From contig CAXXLZ010000002.1 in the NCBI GenBank assembly GCA_963675595.2, positions 384,001 through 448,000 on the forward strand: a stretch of DNA of 64,000 nt, given 5' to 3'. Position 1 is the stretch's first letter; each line of letters begins with the position of its first letter. A program made the translations under genes and the position numbers. Source of the stretch: Thermodesulfobacteriota bacterium (GTDB taxonomy: Bacteria > Desulfobacterota > Desulfarculia > JACQYL01). The notes under the pieces were generated by a model. That model was not told where the DNA came from. It ran no database searches and was given only the letters and a program-made list of their open reading frames with translations. Shown here in pieces: positions 28,763 through 38,012 of this stretch.

Positions 28763-30244
28763 ATGGCAAAACGCATCCTGCTGTTCTACCCTTCCCTCAC
28801 CCGGGTTCCACCGGCACGCCCTTTTTGGGAGCCCCTTCAGTTACTTCACCTAGCCAGGATGTTCGACGATGAATCGTTCTCCGTGGAGATCATCGACGGA
28901 CGAATCATTCGACATCCCTCGGACCTGAAACCTGCGTTGGACGCCGGCGACGTGCTTTGTTTCGCGGTGACGGCCATGACCAGTTACCAGGTCCTGCACG
29001 GACTGGAGTGGTCCCAATGGGTCAAGTCCCGAAATCCGGAACTTCCGGTAATCTGGGGGGGCTGGCATCCCACTCTTATGCCCTCACAAACCCTTGAGGA
29101 GCCTTGTATCGATATCGTGGTCAGGGGACAGGGGGAAGTCACCTTTCTCGAACTTTGCCGAGTCTTGGACTCCGGAGGAGAAATAAATCATGTCCGGGGC
29201 ATCATGTACAAAGCGGGCAAGGAGATTCGTGAGACGGCGCCACGCCCGCTGGTGGACCCCAACGACTTGCCTCCCGTGAACTTCGACCTGCTTTCGCCCT
29301 TGGATGCCTACCAACTCCGAAACATGCTGTACTACATGTCCAGCGTGGGATGCCCCTACCGGTGCTCCTACTGCTCCATGAACTCTTTTTCCCATCGAAA
29401 ATGGCTGGCGTTGAGCAGCGACCGCGTTGTGCGGGAGATTTCGGCGTACCGAGAGCGGTACGGCTTCCGCCAACTGATCTTCTGGGACAACGTATTCTTC
29501 ACGCGAAGCAAGAGGGCTGCGGAAATCTGCCGCGGCTTCATCGAGGAGAATTTGAACCTCGAATGGTGCGCCCACGGCCGAGTCAATGAAATCATGTCTT
29601 GGGACGACGAGTTTGTGGCGCTCCTGGCCCGCTCCGGATGCCGTAGCTTGTTTGTGGGAGCGGAGTCCGGGAGCCAGGCGATTCTGGATCGGATACACAA
29701 AGACATCAATGCGGAAGATTTTCCCAGGGCCGTGGAAAGACTCAAAAAACACGGGATTCAGCTTGCCGGCAACTGGATGGTGGGATTTCGCCATGAACGG
29801 GTGTCGGACGTGGCGGCCACCATGCGACAGATTTACCGGGGTCTCGCCCAATACGATTTCAACACGGAAGCTTTGGACGTTCATTTGTACCGATTCGTTC
29901 CCATGCCCGGAACCGATGAATACGAAGCACTTCCGCCCAATGAGAAGAAAGAACTGCCACAATCCATGCGGGAGTGGGGAAACTTTTTCGTGGAGGCCAT
30001 CGAGGACGGCATGAATCCGTGGGACGCGGACAAGAATCCCGGATTAGCCACCTCCTCCACTTTCTATTTGTGGTATGGATTCCTCAAACGGGGCGCACCC
30101 CGCGTGTGGAGAGAACGTCTGCTTCGATGGTGTTCGAGGCTTCGAGTGCGCTTTGGTTTGTTCCGCATCCCTATCGAGTGGTATCTTTGGAAACGAACCC
30201 GCGGTGGAACGGCATCTTCTTCATCATCCAAGCCGCGAACTTGA
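28763..30244 (+). CDS. B12-binding domain radical SAM protein (class B methyltransferase-like)
   Basis: WGGWHPT, VVRGQGE, GCPYRCSYC, DNVF and GAESGS. Confidence 0.88.
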   Translation: MAKRILLFYPSLTRVPPARPFWEPLQLLHLARMFDDESFSVEIIDGRIIRHPSDLKPALDAGDVLCFAVTAMTSYQVLHGLEWSQWVKSRNPELPVIWGGWHPTLMPSQTLEEPCIDIVVRGQGEVTFLELCRVLDSGGEINHVRGIMYKAGKEIRETAPRPLVDPNDLPPVNFDLLSPLDAYQLRNMLYYMSSVGCPYRCSYCSMNSFSHRKWLALSSDRVVREISAYRERYGFRQLIFWDNVFFTRSKRAAEICRGFIEENLNLEWCAHGRVNEIMSWDDEFVALLARSGCRSLFVGAESGSQAILDRIHKDINAEDFPRAVERLKKHGIQLAGNWMVGFRHERVSDVAATMRQIYRGLAQYDFNTEALDVHLYRFVPMPGTDEYEALPPNEKKELPQSMREWGNFFVEAIEDGMNPWDADKNPGLATSSTFYLWYGFLKRGAPRVWRERLLRWCSRLRVRFGLFRIPIEWYLWKRTRGGTASSSSSKPRT

Positions 30245-30358
30245 AGCGCCGCCGGGCCATGCCCGGCGAAAACGCGCCCGACTCGGGCGCCGGACCATCG
30301 TTCCGAAGTCTCACGGTTCGAGAGAGCCGTTTTTTTACATTGTTAAAGGAGGTTCCTT

Positions 30359-30967
30359 ATGCATCGATTGGTTTTTCTTTCCACGGCTTGTTTGCTCCTC
30401 CCTCTCGTTTGCACCCAATGCTTTTCGGGCGACGGGGACAAACAAGCGACGACCACGGAGAAGCCCGTTGTCTTGGTCAAGACTTCCATGGGCGACATCC
30501 GGATCGAGCTGTGGCCCGACAAGGCTCCCGTTACCGTCGCGAATTTCCTCCGTTACGTGGACGAAGGCTTTTTCGACGGCCTGACCTTTCATCGGGTGGT
30601 TCCGGGATTCGTCATTCAAGGGGGGGGCTTTACCCCGGACATGGATCAGAAGTCGACTCACGCGCCCATCAAGAACGAGGCCGCAAGCGACGTGAAGAAT
30701 CTCCGGGGTACCCTGTCCATGGCTAGAACTCCGGTGGTGGACAGCGCCACTTCGCAGTTCTTCATCAATCTCAAAGACAATGATTTTCTGGATCACAAGA
30801 ATGAAACACCGAGCGGTTTCGGATACGCGGTATTCGGCAAGGTGGTCGAAGGAATGGATGTGGTGGACCGAATCGCGGAGGTGAAGACCACGAACAAGGG
30901 TCCGCATCAAAACGTTCCGGCCGAGCCCGTGGTCATGCAGGAGGCCACACTGGTCAAGGCCGAATAG
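30359..30967 (+). CDS. ppiA: periplasmic cyclophilin-type peptidyl-prolyl isomerase
   Basis: KAPVTVANF, FHRVVPGFVIQGGG, SATSQFFIN and GYAVFGKV. Has a signal peptide. Confidence 0.92.
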   Translation: MHRLVFLSTACLLLPLVCTQCFSGDGDKQATTTEKPVVLVKTSMGDIRIELWPDKAPVTVANFLRYVDEGFFDGLTFHRVVPGFVIQGGGFTPDMDQKSTHAPIKNEAASDVKNLRGTLSMARTPVVDSATSQFFINLKDNDFLDHKNETPSGFGYAVFGKVVEGMDVVDRIAEVKTTNKGPHQNVPAEPVVMQEATLVKAE

Positions 30968-31004
30968 TCCCACGGCGCCTTCAACGGAGAGTCTCCGTTT
31001 TTCA

Positions 31005-31030
31005 GCCCCCGCGTCGGCGGGGGCCTTTTC
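31005..31030 (+). terminator. Rho-independent terminator between convergent ppiA and radA
   Basis: GCCCCCGC-GTCG-GCGGGGGC followed by CTTTTCGTTTT. Confidence 0.65.
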
Positions 31031-31034
31031 GTTT

Positions 31035-32396
31035 TCAACCTAGAAGAAGCTTCAATGCCTCCGACAGAGTCCGAACTCCCACCAGGGACATTTCTTTGGA
31101 GCCCGTCCCCCCTCCGAGACTCGAAGCGGGAAGAAAACATTTTCGGAAGCCCATTTTTTCCGCCTCCCTGAGACGGATATCCACCTGGGAAACGCCTCGG
31201 ATTTCCCCACTGAGCCCCACCTCGCCGAAAAGCACCGTATCCGAAGGAATGGTTCGGTCCATGGCGCTTGAAGCAATGGCTCCAACGATCCCCAGATCCA
31301 ATGCGGGTTCGTCCGTCTTGATTCCTCCGGCCACGTTGATGAACAGATCGTGTCCGGCAAGTTGAATCCCCGCCTTTCTCTCCATTACCGCCACCAGGAG
31401 AGACACCCGGGCGGAATCCACCCCGATGGTCACCCGCCTGGGAACTCCCAGGCTGCTGGGAGCCGCCAGCGCCTGAAGCTCCAGCAAAATGGGACGGGTC
31501 CCCTCCATACAGGGGACCACCACGCTGCCTGAAACATCCAGCGGCCGCTCTTCGAGCAGCAGTTGGGAAGGATTGGACACCTCGCTCAATCCCGAGTCCT
31601 TCATCTCGAAGACGCCGATTTCGTTGGTGGAGCCGAATCGGTTCTTTACGGCTCTCAGCACGCGAAATGCGTGTCCTCTGTCTCCCTCGAAATAAAGAAC
31701 GGTGTCCACCATGTGTTCAAGGACCCGTGGTCCCGCAATGGCCCCTTCTTTGGTCACGTGGCCCACCAGGAAGAAGGAAATGCCCGTGCGTTTGGACAGG
31801 TGCACCAGTCGGGCGGCCACCTCCCGCACCTGAGTCAGACTTCCGGGAGCCGACGCCACGCCTTCGGTGTACATGGTCTGAACGGAATCCACCACGACCG
31901 CCGAGGGACGACGTTCCTCCACTGCGCGACGAATTTCCTTGAGATACGTTTCCGTAAGAATGAGAATGGGAAGATCGTGCGCCCCCAGACGCATGCTGCG
32001 CATCTTCAGTTGCTGTGCCGACTCCTCCCCGGAAACGTAGAGTGTGTCCAAACCCTTCTTCTGCAAAGCGGCCAACGCCTGCAGCATGAGTGTGGATTTT
32101 CCGATGCCGGGATCTCCGCCCACCAAAACCACCGACCCGGGAACCAGACCGCCGCCGAGGACCCTGTCGAGTTCCCCGATCCCACTGAGTATCCGATCCT
32201 CCGCACCCACGACCACGTCGTTCAACGACTGAAGCGCGCCGCCCAACGGAGCGTTGACGGATTCCTCCGCCGCCTTCTCCTCCCGGGTTTCTTCCTCGAA
32301 GGTACCGAATTCCCCGCAGCTCGGGCACCGACCCAGCCATTTGGGAGCTCGACTGCCGCAACTCCCGCAGACAAAGACCGTCTCAGTGTTCTTCAT
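31035..32396 (-). CDS. radA: DNA repair protein RadA/Sms
   Basis: CxxC...CPSC zinc finger, GGDPGIGKST, KNRFG and FGEVGLSGE. Confidence 0.97.
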   Translation of the reverse strand: MKNTETVFVCGSCGSRAPKWLGRCPSCGEFGTFEEETREEKAAEESVNAPLGGALQSLNDVVVGAEDRILSGIGELDRVLGGGLVPGSVVLVGGDPGIGKSTLMLQALAALQKKGLDTLYVSGEESAQQLKMRSMRLGAHDLPILILTETYLKEIRRAVEERRPSAVVVDSVQTMYTEGVASAPGSLTQVREVAARLVHLSKRTGISFFLVGHVTKEGAIAGPRVLEHMVDTVLYFEGDRGHAFRVLRAVKNRFGSTNEIGVFEMKDSGLSEVSNPSQLLLEERPLDVSGSVVVPCMEGTRPILLELQALAAPSSLGVPRRVTIGVDSARVSLLVAVMERKAGIQLAGHDLFINVAGGIKTDEPALDLGIVGAIASSAMDRTIPSDTVLFGEVGLSGEIRGVSQVDIRLREAEKMGFRKCFLPASSLGGGTGSKEMSLVGVRTLSEALKLLLG

Positions 32397-32418
32397 AAAT
32401 CGGTCTCATGTGCCGACC

Positions 32419-33165
32419 TTAAAGAGCCGCTTCATTGCGGAACACCTCTTCGACTTTGGCCACATCTCGGGGCGTATCCACTTCCATGGAATCGAACGCG
32501 GTGATGACCACCTGGATGGGCGCGCCGTAGTCCAGGGCACGAAGCTGCTCCAGCTTCTCGGCTTCTTCCATGGCGGAGGTGGGCCACTGGGCGAAGGTTC
32601 TCAAAAAATGCCGGCGGTAGCCGTAGATTCCGTGATGTTTGTAGTAAGGGATTCGGCCCTCGCCCCCCCGGACGTGAGGAATGGTGGCTCGGGAAAAATA
32701 AAGGGCACGACCCCTACGGTCGAAAACCGTCTTCACGATGTTGGGATCGTCGATTTCCGAAGGGTCCGTTATCCGATAGATCAGCGTGGACATGGGCAGT
32801 TCCGGGTCCGTGACCAGTGGAGCCGTTACCTCGGCGATCTGCACCGGATTAAAGCAGGGTTGGTCTCCCTGAATATTCACCACCAGGTCTTCCTCCGGCA
32901 AGCCGAGTTTGTCGGCCGCTTCGGCCACTCGATCGGTCCCGCAACGCACGTTGGAGGAAGTCATAATGGCCTCACCTCCGAAATCGCTCGCAACCTCCAG
33001 AATCCTTTCGTCGTCCGTGGCAAGCACCACGCGATCCACCAGAGGACTTCGGGCCGCGCGTTCGTAGACGTGCCGGATCATGGGCTTGCCGGCGATGAGA
33101 GTCGTCGCCTTGCCTATGAAGCGGGTGGACTCGTACCGGGCGGGAATGACGACCGTAACGCGCAT
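32419..33165 (-). CDS. kdsB: 3-deoxy-manno-octulosonate cytidylyltransferase
   Basis: IPARYESTRFIGK, GTDR, VNIQGDQP, ALYFSR and EKLEQLR. Confidence 0.95.
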   Translation of the reverse strand: MRVTVVIPARYESTRFIGKATTLIAGKPMIRHVYERAARSPLVDRVVLATDDERILEVASDFGGEAIMTSSNVRCGTDRVAEAADKLGLPEEDLVVNIQGDQPCFNPVQIAEVTAPLVTDPELPMSTLIYRITDPSEIDDPNIVKTVFDRRGRALYFSRATIPHVRGGEGRIPYYKHHGIYGYRRHFLRTFAQWPTSAMEEAEKLEQLRALDYGAPIQVVITAFDSMEVDTPRDVAKVEEVFRNEAAL

Positions 33166-33491
33166 AAGTAATTCCCTCCGACGGGATCATAATGTACGAT
33201 TCGAAACGACGAAGACTCGCCGAATCACAGGTGAAACCCGTTCTCCAGACGCTCCGGGCGCTGAAAGAGTCGTTACCATATCACAGGGCATTCGCCTTTG
33301 TGCACTGTTTTCCTCCGGGCGAAAAGGTATGCCCGCAAGAGGGGAATGCCTGCGGACCCGAGTTCCTTTCCAAGCGTCTTTGGTTCGATTTTCAACCGTG
33401 AAGCCGGCCCCCGGAACTGGACCTCCCACACTCTTCCATGCTAATAAACGTGGAACGCTTTTCGGAAAAAACTGCGTGAAGGGAGTCCGTC

Positions 33492-34073
33492 ATGGAAGAT
33501 CTCCTCGTGCGGCTGAAGCAGGCCATCCTGCCTTATCATGACGAAGTGCATCGGTTGCCCATTCTCAGAGACCTGCCGTCGGGAAGGGTTGCGCTGTCGG
33601 AATACCGCCGCCTGCTCGAACGGCTTTACGGATTTTGGGAACCGGTGGAAGCCGCTGTCGAAGCCTTGATCCCCTACCGTCCGGAGGCGGCGGTCTGGAA
33701 CCCGAGAGTTCCCTTGCTCGCCCAAGACTTGGCCTTTCTGGGAGTCGCTCCCTCCGCCCTGGAATCCATCCCCCGATGCCGTCGAACGCCCGAATTCATG
33801 AAGCAGGGTGAGGCTTTGGGGTATCTATACCTGTCCGAAGGATCGAGGCTCGGCGGCAGAATGCTGGGAGACATCGTAGAGAAGGCTTTGGCGCTTACGC
33901 CCTACTCCGGCTTTGCGTATTTCAGCTCCGATGGAGCCGACGTGGAGAAGATGTGGAGCGTGTTTCGAGATTTTCTCCGGTCCCATGCGAAAGTCCATCA
34001 TCTGGACAAAGAAATCATCCATGCTTCACGGAGCGGATTCGCCGCATTGAACCGGTGGCTGACCGAATTGTAA
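33492..34073 (+). CDS. biliverdin-producing heme oxygenase (BphO/HemO-like)
   Basis: Proximal His region LKQAILPYHDEV, YRRLLERLYGF, LLAQDL and distal helix GYLYLSEGSRLGG, then YFS...W..F. Confidence 0.85.
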   Translation: MEDLLVRLKQAILPYHDEVHRLPILRDLPSGRVALSEYRRLLERLYGFWEPVEAAVEALIPYRPEAAVWNPRVPLLAQDLAFLGVAPSALESIPRCRRTPEFMKQGEALGYLYLSEGSRLGGRMLGDIVEKALALTPYSGFAYFSSDGADVEKMWSVFRDFLRSHAKVHHLDKEIIHASRSGFAALNRWLTEL

Positions 34074-34273
34074 TACGGTCCACTCCGAGGTTACGACCGT
34101 TCTCCATTCCGCCCGCCGTCGGTGCGGGCTGCGCTCGGACTTTTCGCCATTCGATTTTCGGCGGCACTTGGGCCGAACATGAGCATTTTTCACGGGATTA
34201 TTGTATGATGAATCCCATTCACATTCGTCCCTCTTCAAGAATCGGATATCCCATCAGGATTGGAGTGCCCTGT

Positions 34274-34888
34274 ATGACTCACGAGGAATTCCAACCCGCC
34301 GAGGACCCCAAGGACTCCCAAGAGTTTTCCGTCATCGGATTGGGAGGATCGGCCGGCGGTTCGGAAGCGTTCGAGGAATTCTTTTCCCAACTCCCGCCGA
34401 AGTCGGGCTGCGCCTTCGTAATGGTTATGCATCTGGATCCTCATCACAAATCCATGCTGCCCGAACTGATCTCCAAAGTCACCGACCTCGACGTCACACA
34501 AGCCGAGGACGCAACGGAGGTGGAGCGGAACAGGATTTACATCATTCCCCCCAAAGCCACCATCACCATATCGGACGGAGTGCTGAACCTTACCGAACCC
34601 GCGCTGGAAAGGGGCGTCAGACGACCCATCGACGATTTCTTCAGATCGCTCGCCCAAGACCGCAAAGAACGTGCGGTGGGAATTCTGTCTTCGGGAACCG
34701 GTACGGACGGCACACAGGAACTTAAAGAAATCAAATTCGCCGGGGGGATGTCCATGGTTCAGGACCCCAGCACGGCGAAATTCGAGAACATGCCCCAGCA
34801 CGCCATCACGAGCGGCGTGGTCGACGTGGTGCTGCCGGCCGGCCAACTCGCCGCGCGTCCGGCCGAATCCCAAGGAGGGGCGAAATGA
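34274..34888 (+). CDS. stand-alone CheB methylesterase domain (N-part of a CheB/CheR-type fusion, possibly truncated)
   Basis: GGSAGG, MHLDP, RRPIDDFFRSLA, SGTGTDG and QDPSTAKFENMP. Ends immediately after the domain with an ATGA overlap to the next gene. Confidence 0.8.
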   Translation: MTHEEFQPAEDPKDSQEFSVIGLGGSAGGSEAFEEFFSQLPPKSGCAFVMVMHLDPHHKSMLPELISKVTDLDVTQAEDATEVERNRIYIIPPKATITISDGVLNLTEPALERGVRRPIDDFFRSLAQDRKERAVGILSSGTGTDGTQELKEIKFAGGMSMVQDPSTAKFENMPQHAITSGVVDVVLPAGQLAARPAESQGGAK

Positions 34889-35949
34889 CGGAAGCGCTCT
34901 TAAGGCATAAGGAACTCCGAAAACAGCTGTCTTCCATCTCAGAAGCGGTGGTCGCCTGCCAGTACGCATTGGAGCCCGAAGTCTGGGAGCCCTACGGACA
35001 GGCCGGATGGGAAAAAAGCCTGAGGGACCAGGAGTTTCATTCCTCCTACCTTGCCGAAGCGGTGATGTTCTCGGACCCGTCGCTGTTCATCGACTACGTT
35101 AACTGGCTGAAGCAGCTTTTCACGGCACTGCGGTTTCCCGAGAAAAGCTTGAGGACCATGCTCGAGTGCACGCGCAAGGTCATAGATGAAGAGCTGCTTT
35201 CGCATGAAGGCGCCGCGGCTTCGGCCTACATCGAAAAAACTCTCGTCGAGCTGCACACCATGCCGGAAATCCCACCGACCTTTCTGCCCGATGGCGCTCC
35301 CTTCGTGGATTTGGCGCGGGAATACCTGGAGCTGCTGCTCCACGGTGATCGGAATCAGGCAGGTCGCCTGATTTTGGACAAGGCGGAAGCCGGCATGCAT
35401 GTCAAAGACATCTATCTACGCGTGTTTCAGCCGACTCAGTACGAAATCGGAAGACTTTGGCAGATCAATCGCATCACCGTGGCCCAAGAACACTTCTGCA
35501 CTGCGGCGGCTCAGACGATCATGTCTCAACTTTATCCGTTTGTTTTCAGCGCCCAAAAGACCGGTCGTCGCTTGGTGGCGGCCTGCGTGGGGGGTGAATT
35601 GCACGAGATCGGCGCCCGCATGCTCGCCGATTTTTTTGAAATGGACGGGTGGGATACGTATTATTTGGGAGCGAACACGCCGACGGATGCGGTGGTTCGC
35701 ACCATTCTGGATCGGGATACTCACTTATTGGGCCTCTCGGTCACCATGACGTTCCACACGCGATTCGTGGAAGAACTGATCCGTAAAGTACGTTCGTCGG
35801 AAGCCGGTCGGATACCCATTCTCGTGGGGGGATACCCTTTCAACGTCGCTCCCCGGCTTTGGCAAACCCTGAGGGCGAACGGCTCCGCCCGGAATGCCGA
35901 GGAAGCATTGAAAATCGCGGATAGGCTGATCGGGGAACCTCTCGTCTGA
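34885..35949 (+). CDS. globin/phycobiliprotein-like domain plus CarH-type cobalamin-binding module (photocobilin-like)
   Basis: N-domain YGQAGWEKSLRDQEFHSSYLAEAV...DPSLFIDYVNWLKQLFTALRFP. Cap domain GRLWQINRITVAQEH. Rossmann domain ELHEIG...LGANTP...GLS...VGG. Confidence 0.8.
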   Translation: MTEALLRHKELRKQLSSISEAVVACQYALEPEVWEPYGQAGWEKSLRDQEFHSSYLAEAVMFSDPSLFIDYVNWLKQLFTALRFPEKSLRTMLECTRKVIDEELLSHEGAAASAYIEKTLVELHTMPEIPPTFLPDGAPFVDLAREYLELLLHGDRNQAGRLILDKAEAGMHVKDIYLRVFQPTQYEIGRLWQINRITVAQEHFCTAAAQTIMSQLYPFVFSAQKTGRRLVAACVGGELHEIGARMLADFFEMDGWDTYYLGANTPTDAVVRTILDRDTHLLGLSVTMTFHTRFVEELIRKVRSSEAGRIPILVGGYPFNVAPRLWQTLRANGSARNAEEALKIADRLIGEPLV

Positions 35950-36023
35950 AATCGAGGGATCTTGGCAGTCCGATTCCCTGTTTGCTTCGATTCTTCTCGA
36001 CAAGATAGGCTTATTGAGGAAAA

Positions 36024-36734
36024 ATGAACGAACGGAATTCTCCATCAGGCTTGGCCCTGCGGTGTACCCCGCACGGAGAGATCATCGAGGTCCTGCGAGA
36101 CGACCTCGGGTTGACCGACGGCATCGAGGTCGGAGTTCCGCTGACCTCACTTGTCGATCGAGCCTCCCTCGGTAAGCTGCTCAACTTCCTGGTCGAGATG
36201 AGAACCCGGGGAAGCACCTCCCTGTGGTCCTTAAACGTCGTCCGGGAGGGCCGCATCGAGTCACTGTCCTTTGCCGGCACGATGCGGGAAGATGAACAGA
36301 TGGTTTTCGCCGCACATACGGGGACGGAGGCAGTCAACCTGTCCCGCCGGTTGCTCGGAGAGCCGTCAGGCAAGGAGGTTCCCACCGTTGTTGCGCCCCC
36401 GTATAAGTCCGATCCGGAGCTTTTCGACGAGCTCAGCCGACTGAATAACGAGCTGGTCAACCTTCATCGAGAATTGGCCAAGAAGAACGCCGAACTGGAA
36501 AAAACAAACCACCGACTCCAGGAAGCGATGGCCGAGATCCGAACGCTCCGAGGATACCTTCCCATCTGCATGTACTGCCACAAGATCCGTGATGACAAGG
36601 AAAACTGGTTACGCCTCGAAAACTACATCGAATCGCATTCCGACGCGCGGTTCAGTCACAGCATTTGCCCGGACTGCACGAAAGAGCATTTCGGGGACCT
36701 CTTCGAAGATGAAGCTGATGGAGAGGAGAAGTAG
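36024..36734 (+). CDS. PAS-like/coiled-coil signal transducer with C-terminal Cys/His (zinc-ribbon-like) domain
   Basis: ELSRLNNELVNLHRELAKKNAELE coiled coil, then LPICMYCHKIRD...W...YIESHS...FSHSICPDC. Confidence 0.75.
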   Translation: MNERNSPSGLALRCTPHGEIIEVLRDDLGLTDGIEVGVPLTSLVDRASLGKLLNFLVEMRTRGSTSLWSLNVVREGRIESLSFAGTMREDEQMVFAAHTGTEAVNLSRRLLGEPSGKEVPTVVAPPYKSDPELFDELSRLNNELVNLHRELAKKNAELEKTNHRLQEAMAEIRTLRGYLPICMYCHKIRDDKENWLRLENYIESHSDARFSHSICPDCTKEHFGDLFEDEADGEEK

Positions 36735-36798
36735 ACGAGGGGAGGAGCCCTTATAAAGAGCGCCTCCCCTGCTGTAGACGATGCAACCTACAGAGGGC

Positions 36799-38001
36799 TT
36801 ATCCGATCGCTTGACCCGCTTTGGCGACGGCTTGCCGGAGCTTGGGCAGATCGTTTTCCATGAGATTGTTGATGGGGATGACCAGGGTCTTCCGCATGAT
36901 CGCGTCGGACTTGGGAAGAGCGTCCGGAGAATAGGCGAGGCGCCCGGAACCGTCTGGGTTTCGGAAGGGCCAAGCGGAACGAAGCACGGATTTCCCCTCC
37001 AGCAGATGTTCCCAGTTGCGGTAATAGTGCCAGGTATTGTCGAAGAAGTTCACGGCGCCGCAACCCTCCCCCGCCAGGGCTTGGTTGAACTTCCTCGCCT
37101 GTTCCTCCGAAGGCAGAGAGAAGGCGAGAAAGGTCGCAGTGTCTCCCGTCGGGTCCGGGAGTCTCCGGAACGAAACACCGGGCACCTTTTCCAGAGCTTC
37201 CTTCAAAGCGGCTTTGTTGGCCCGCTGCATGCGGAGAATGGCGTCCAATTTCGAAAGCTGCGCCAGTCCCAAGGCCCCCTGAAGCTCCATCATACGGTAG
37301 TTCATGCCGATGAATCGCCGTTTCTCGAGCCCACGTCCCACGTTGGGATCATGGTCATGACCGTGGTCATGGTATTCCGACGCGTTCACGTACAGAGCTT
37401 CGTCGTTGGTGATGATCATGCCTCCTTCGCCCGTGGTGATGGTCTTCACGGAGTCGAAAGAGAATGTGCCGCAAGAGCCGAAAGTGCCCAGAGCCTTGCC
37501 GTTCAACGTTCCGCCGCAGGCCTGCGCGGTATCTTCTATCACGGCCACTCCACGATCACGGGCGACCTCCACGATGGGTTCGATGTCCGCCATGCCCCCC
37601 AACATATGCACGGGAATCACGGCCCGGGTCTTGGGCGTGATCTTCTTTGCCAGGTCTGCGGGATCCATGCAAAGGGTTTCGTCCACTTCCGTGAAAACCG
37701 GCTCGGCGCCGCAATCGAGAATGCTTTCCCATGTGGCCACAAAGGTGAAACCTTGGGTGATGACTTCATCTCCGGGACCGATACCCAAAGCGGCCAAGGC
37801 CACCCTGAGAGCCGCCGTACCCGAGGATACGGCCAGGGCGTGAGCGGCGCCCGTTCGGTCGGCGAATGCCTTCTCGAATTCCTCGACTTTGTATACGCCT
37901 TTGCGCTTCTCACCGAACTCATAACGGAACAGTACGCCTCGAGAGAGCACGTCCAGTATCTGGTCCTTCTCTTCCTCACCCAACAGCTCAAAACCGGGCA
38001 T
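36799..38001 (-). CDS. kdnA: DegT/DnrJ PLP aminotransferase, KdnA-like (8-amino-Kdo transaminase)
   Basis: N-terminus MPGFELLGEEEK...FRY, SFDSVKTITTGEGG, DHGHDH, WHYYRNWEH and PKSDAIM, recalled as matching Shewanella KdnA. Confidence 0.75.
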   Translation of the reverse strand: MPGFELLGEEEKDQILDVLSRGVLFRYEFGEKRKGVYKVEEFEKAFADRTGAAHALAVSSGTAALRVALAALGIGPGDEVITQGFTFVATWESILDCGAEPVFTEVDETLCMDPADLAKKITPKTRAVIPVHMLGGMADIEPIVEVARDRGVAVIEDTAQACGGTLNGKALGTFGSCGTFSFDSVKTITTGEGGMIITNDEALYVNASEYHDHGHDHDPNVGRGLEKRRFIGMNYRMMELQGALGLAQLSKLDAILRMQRANKAALKEALEKVPGVSFRRLPDPTGDTATFLAFSLPSEEQARKFNQALAGEGCGAVNFFDNTWHYYRNWEHLLEGKSVLRSAWPFRNPDGSGRLAYSPDALPKSDAIMRKTLVIPINNLMENDLPKLRQAVAKAGQAIG

Positions 38002-38012
38002 GAAAACCTCCG

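Noticed and set aside
28763-30244. RiPP cluster around the B12 radical SAM and ABC transporter
   Set aside because: The transporter is an importer type. No precursor peptide, RRE or peptidase is visible.
33451-33466. sigma54-like TGGAACGCTTTTCGG upstream of the heme oxygenase
   Set aside because: The -12 element reads GG rather than GC, too weak to call.
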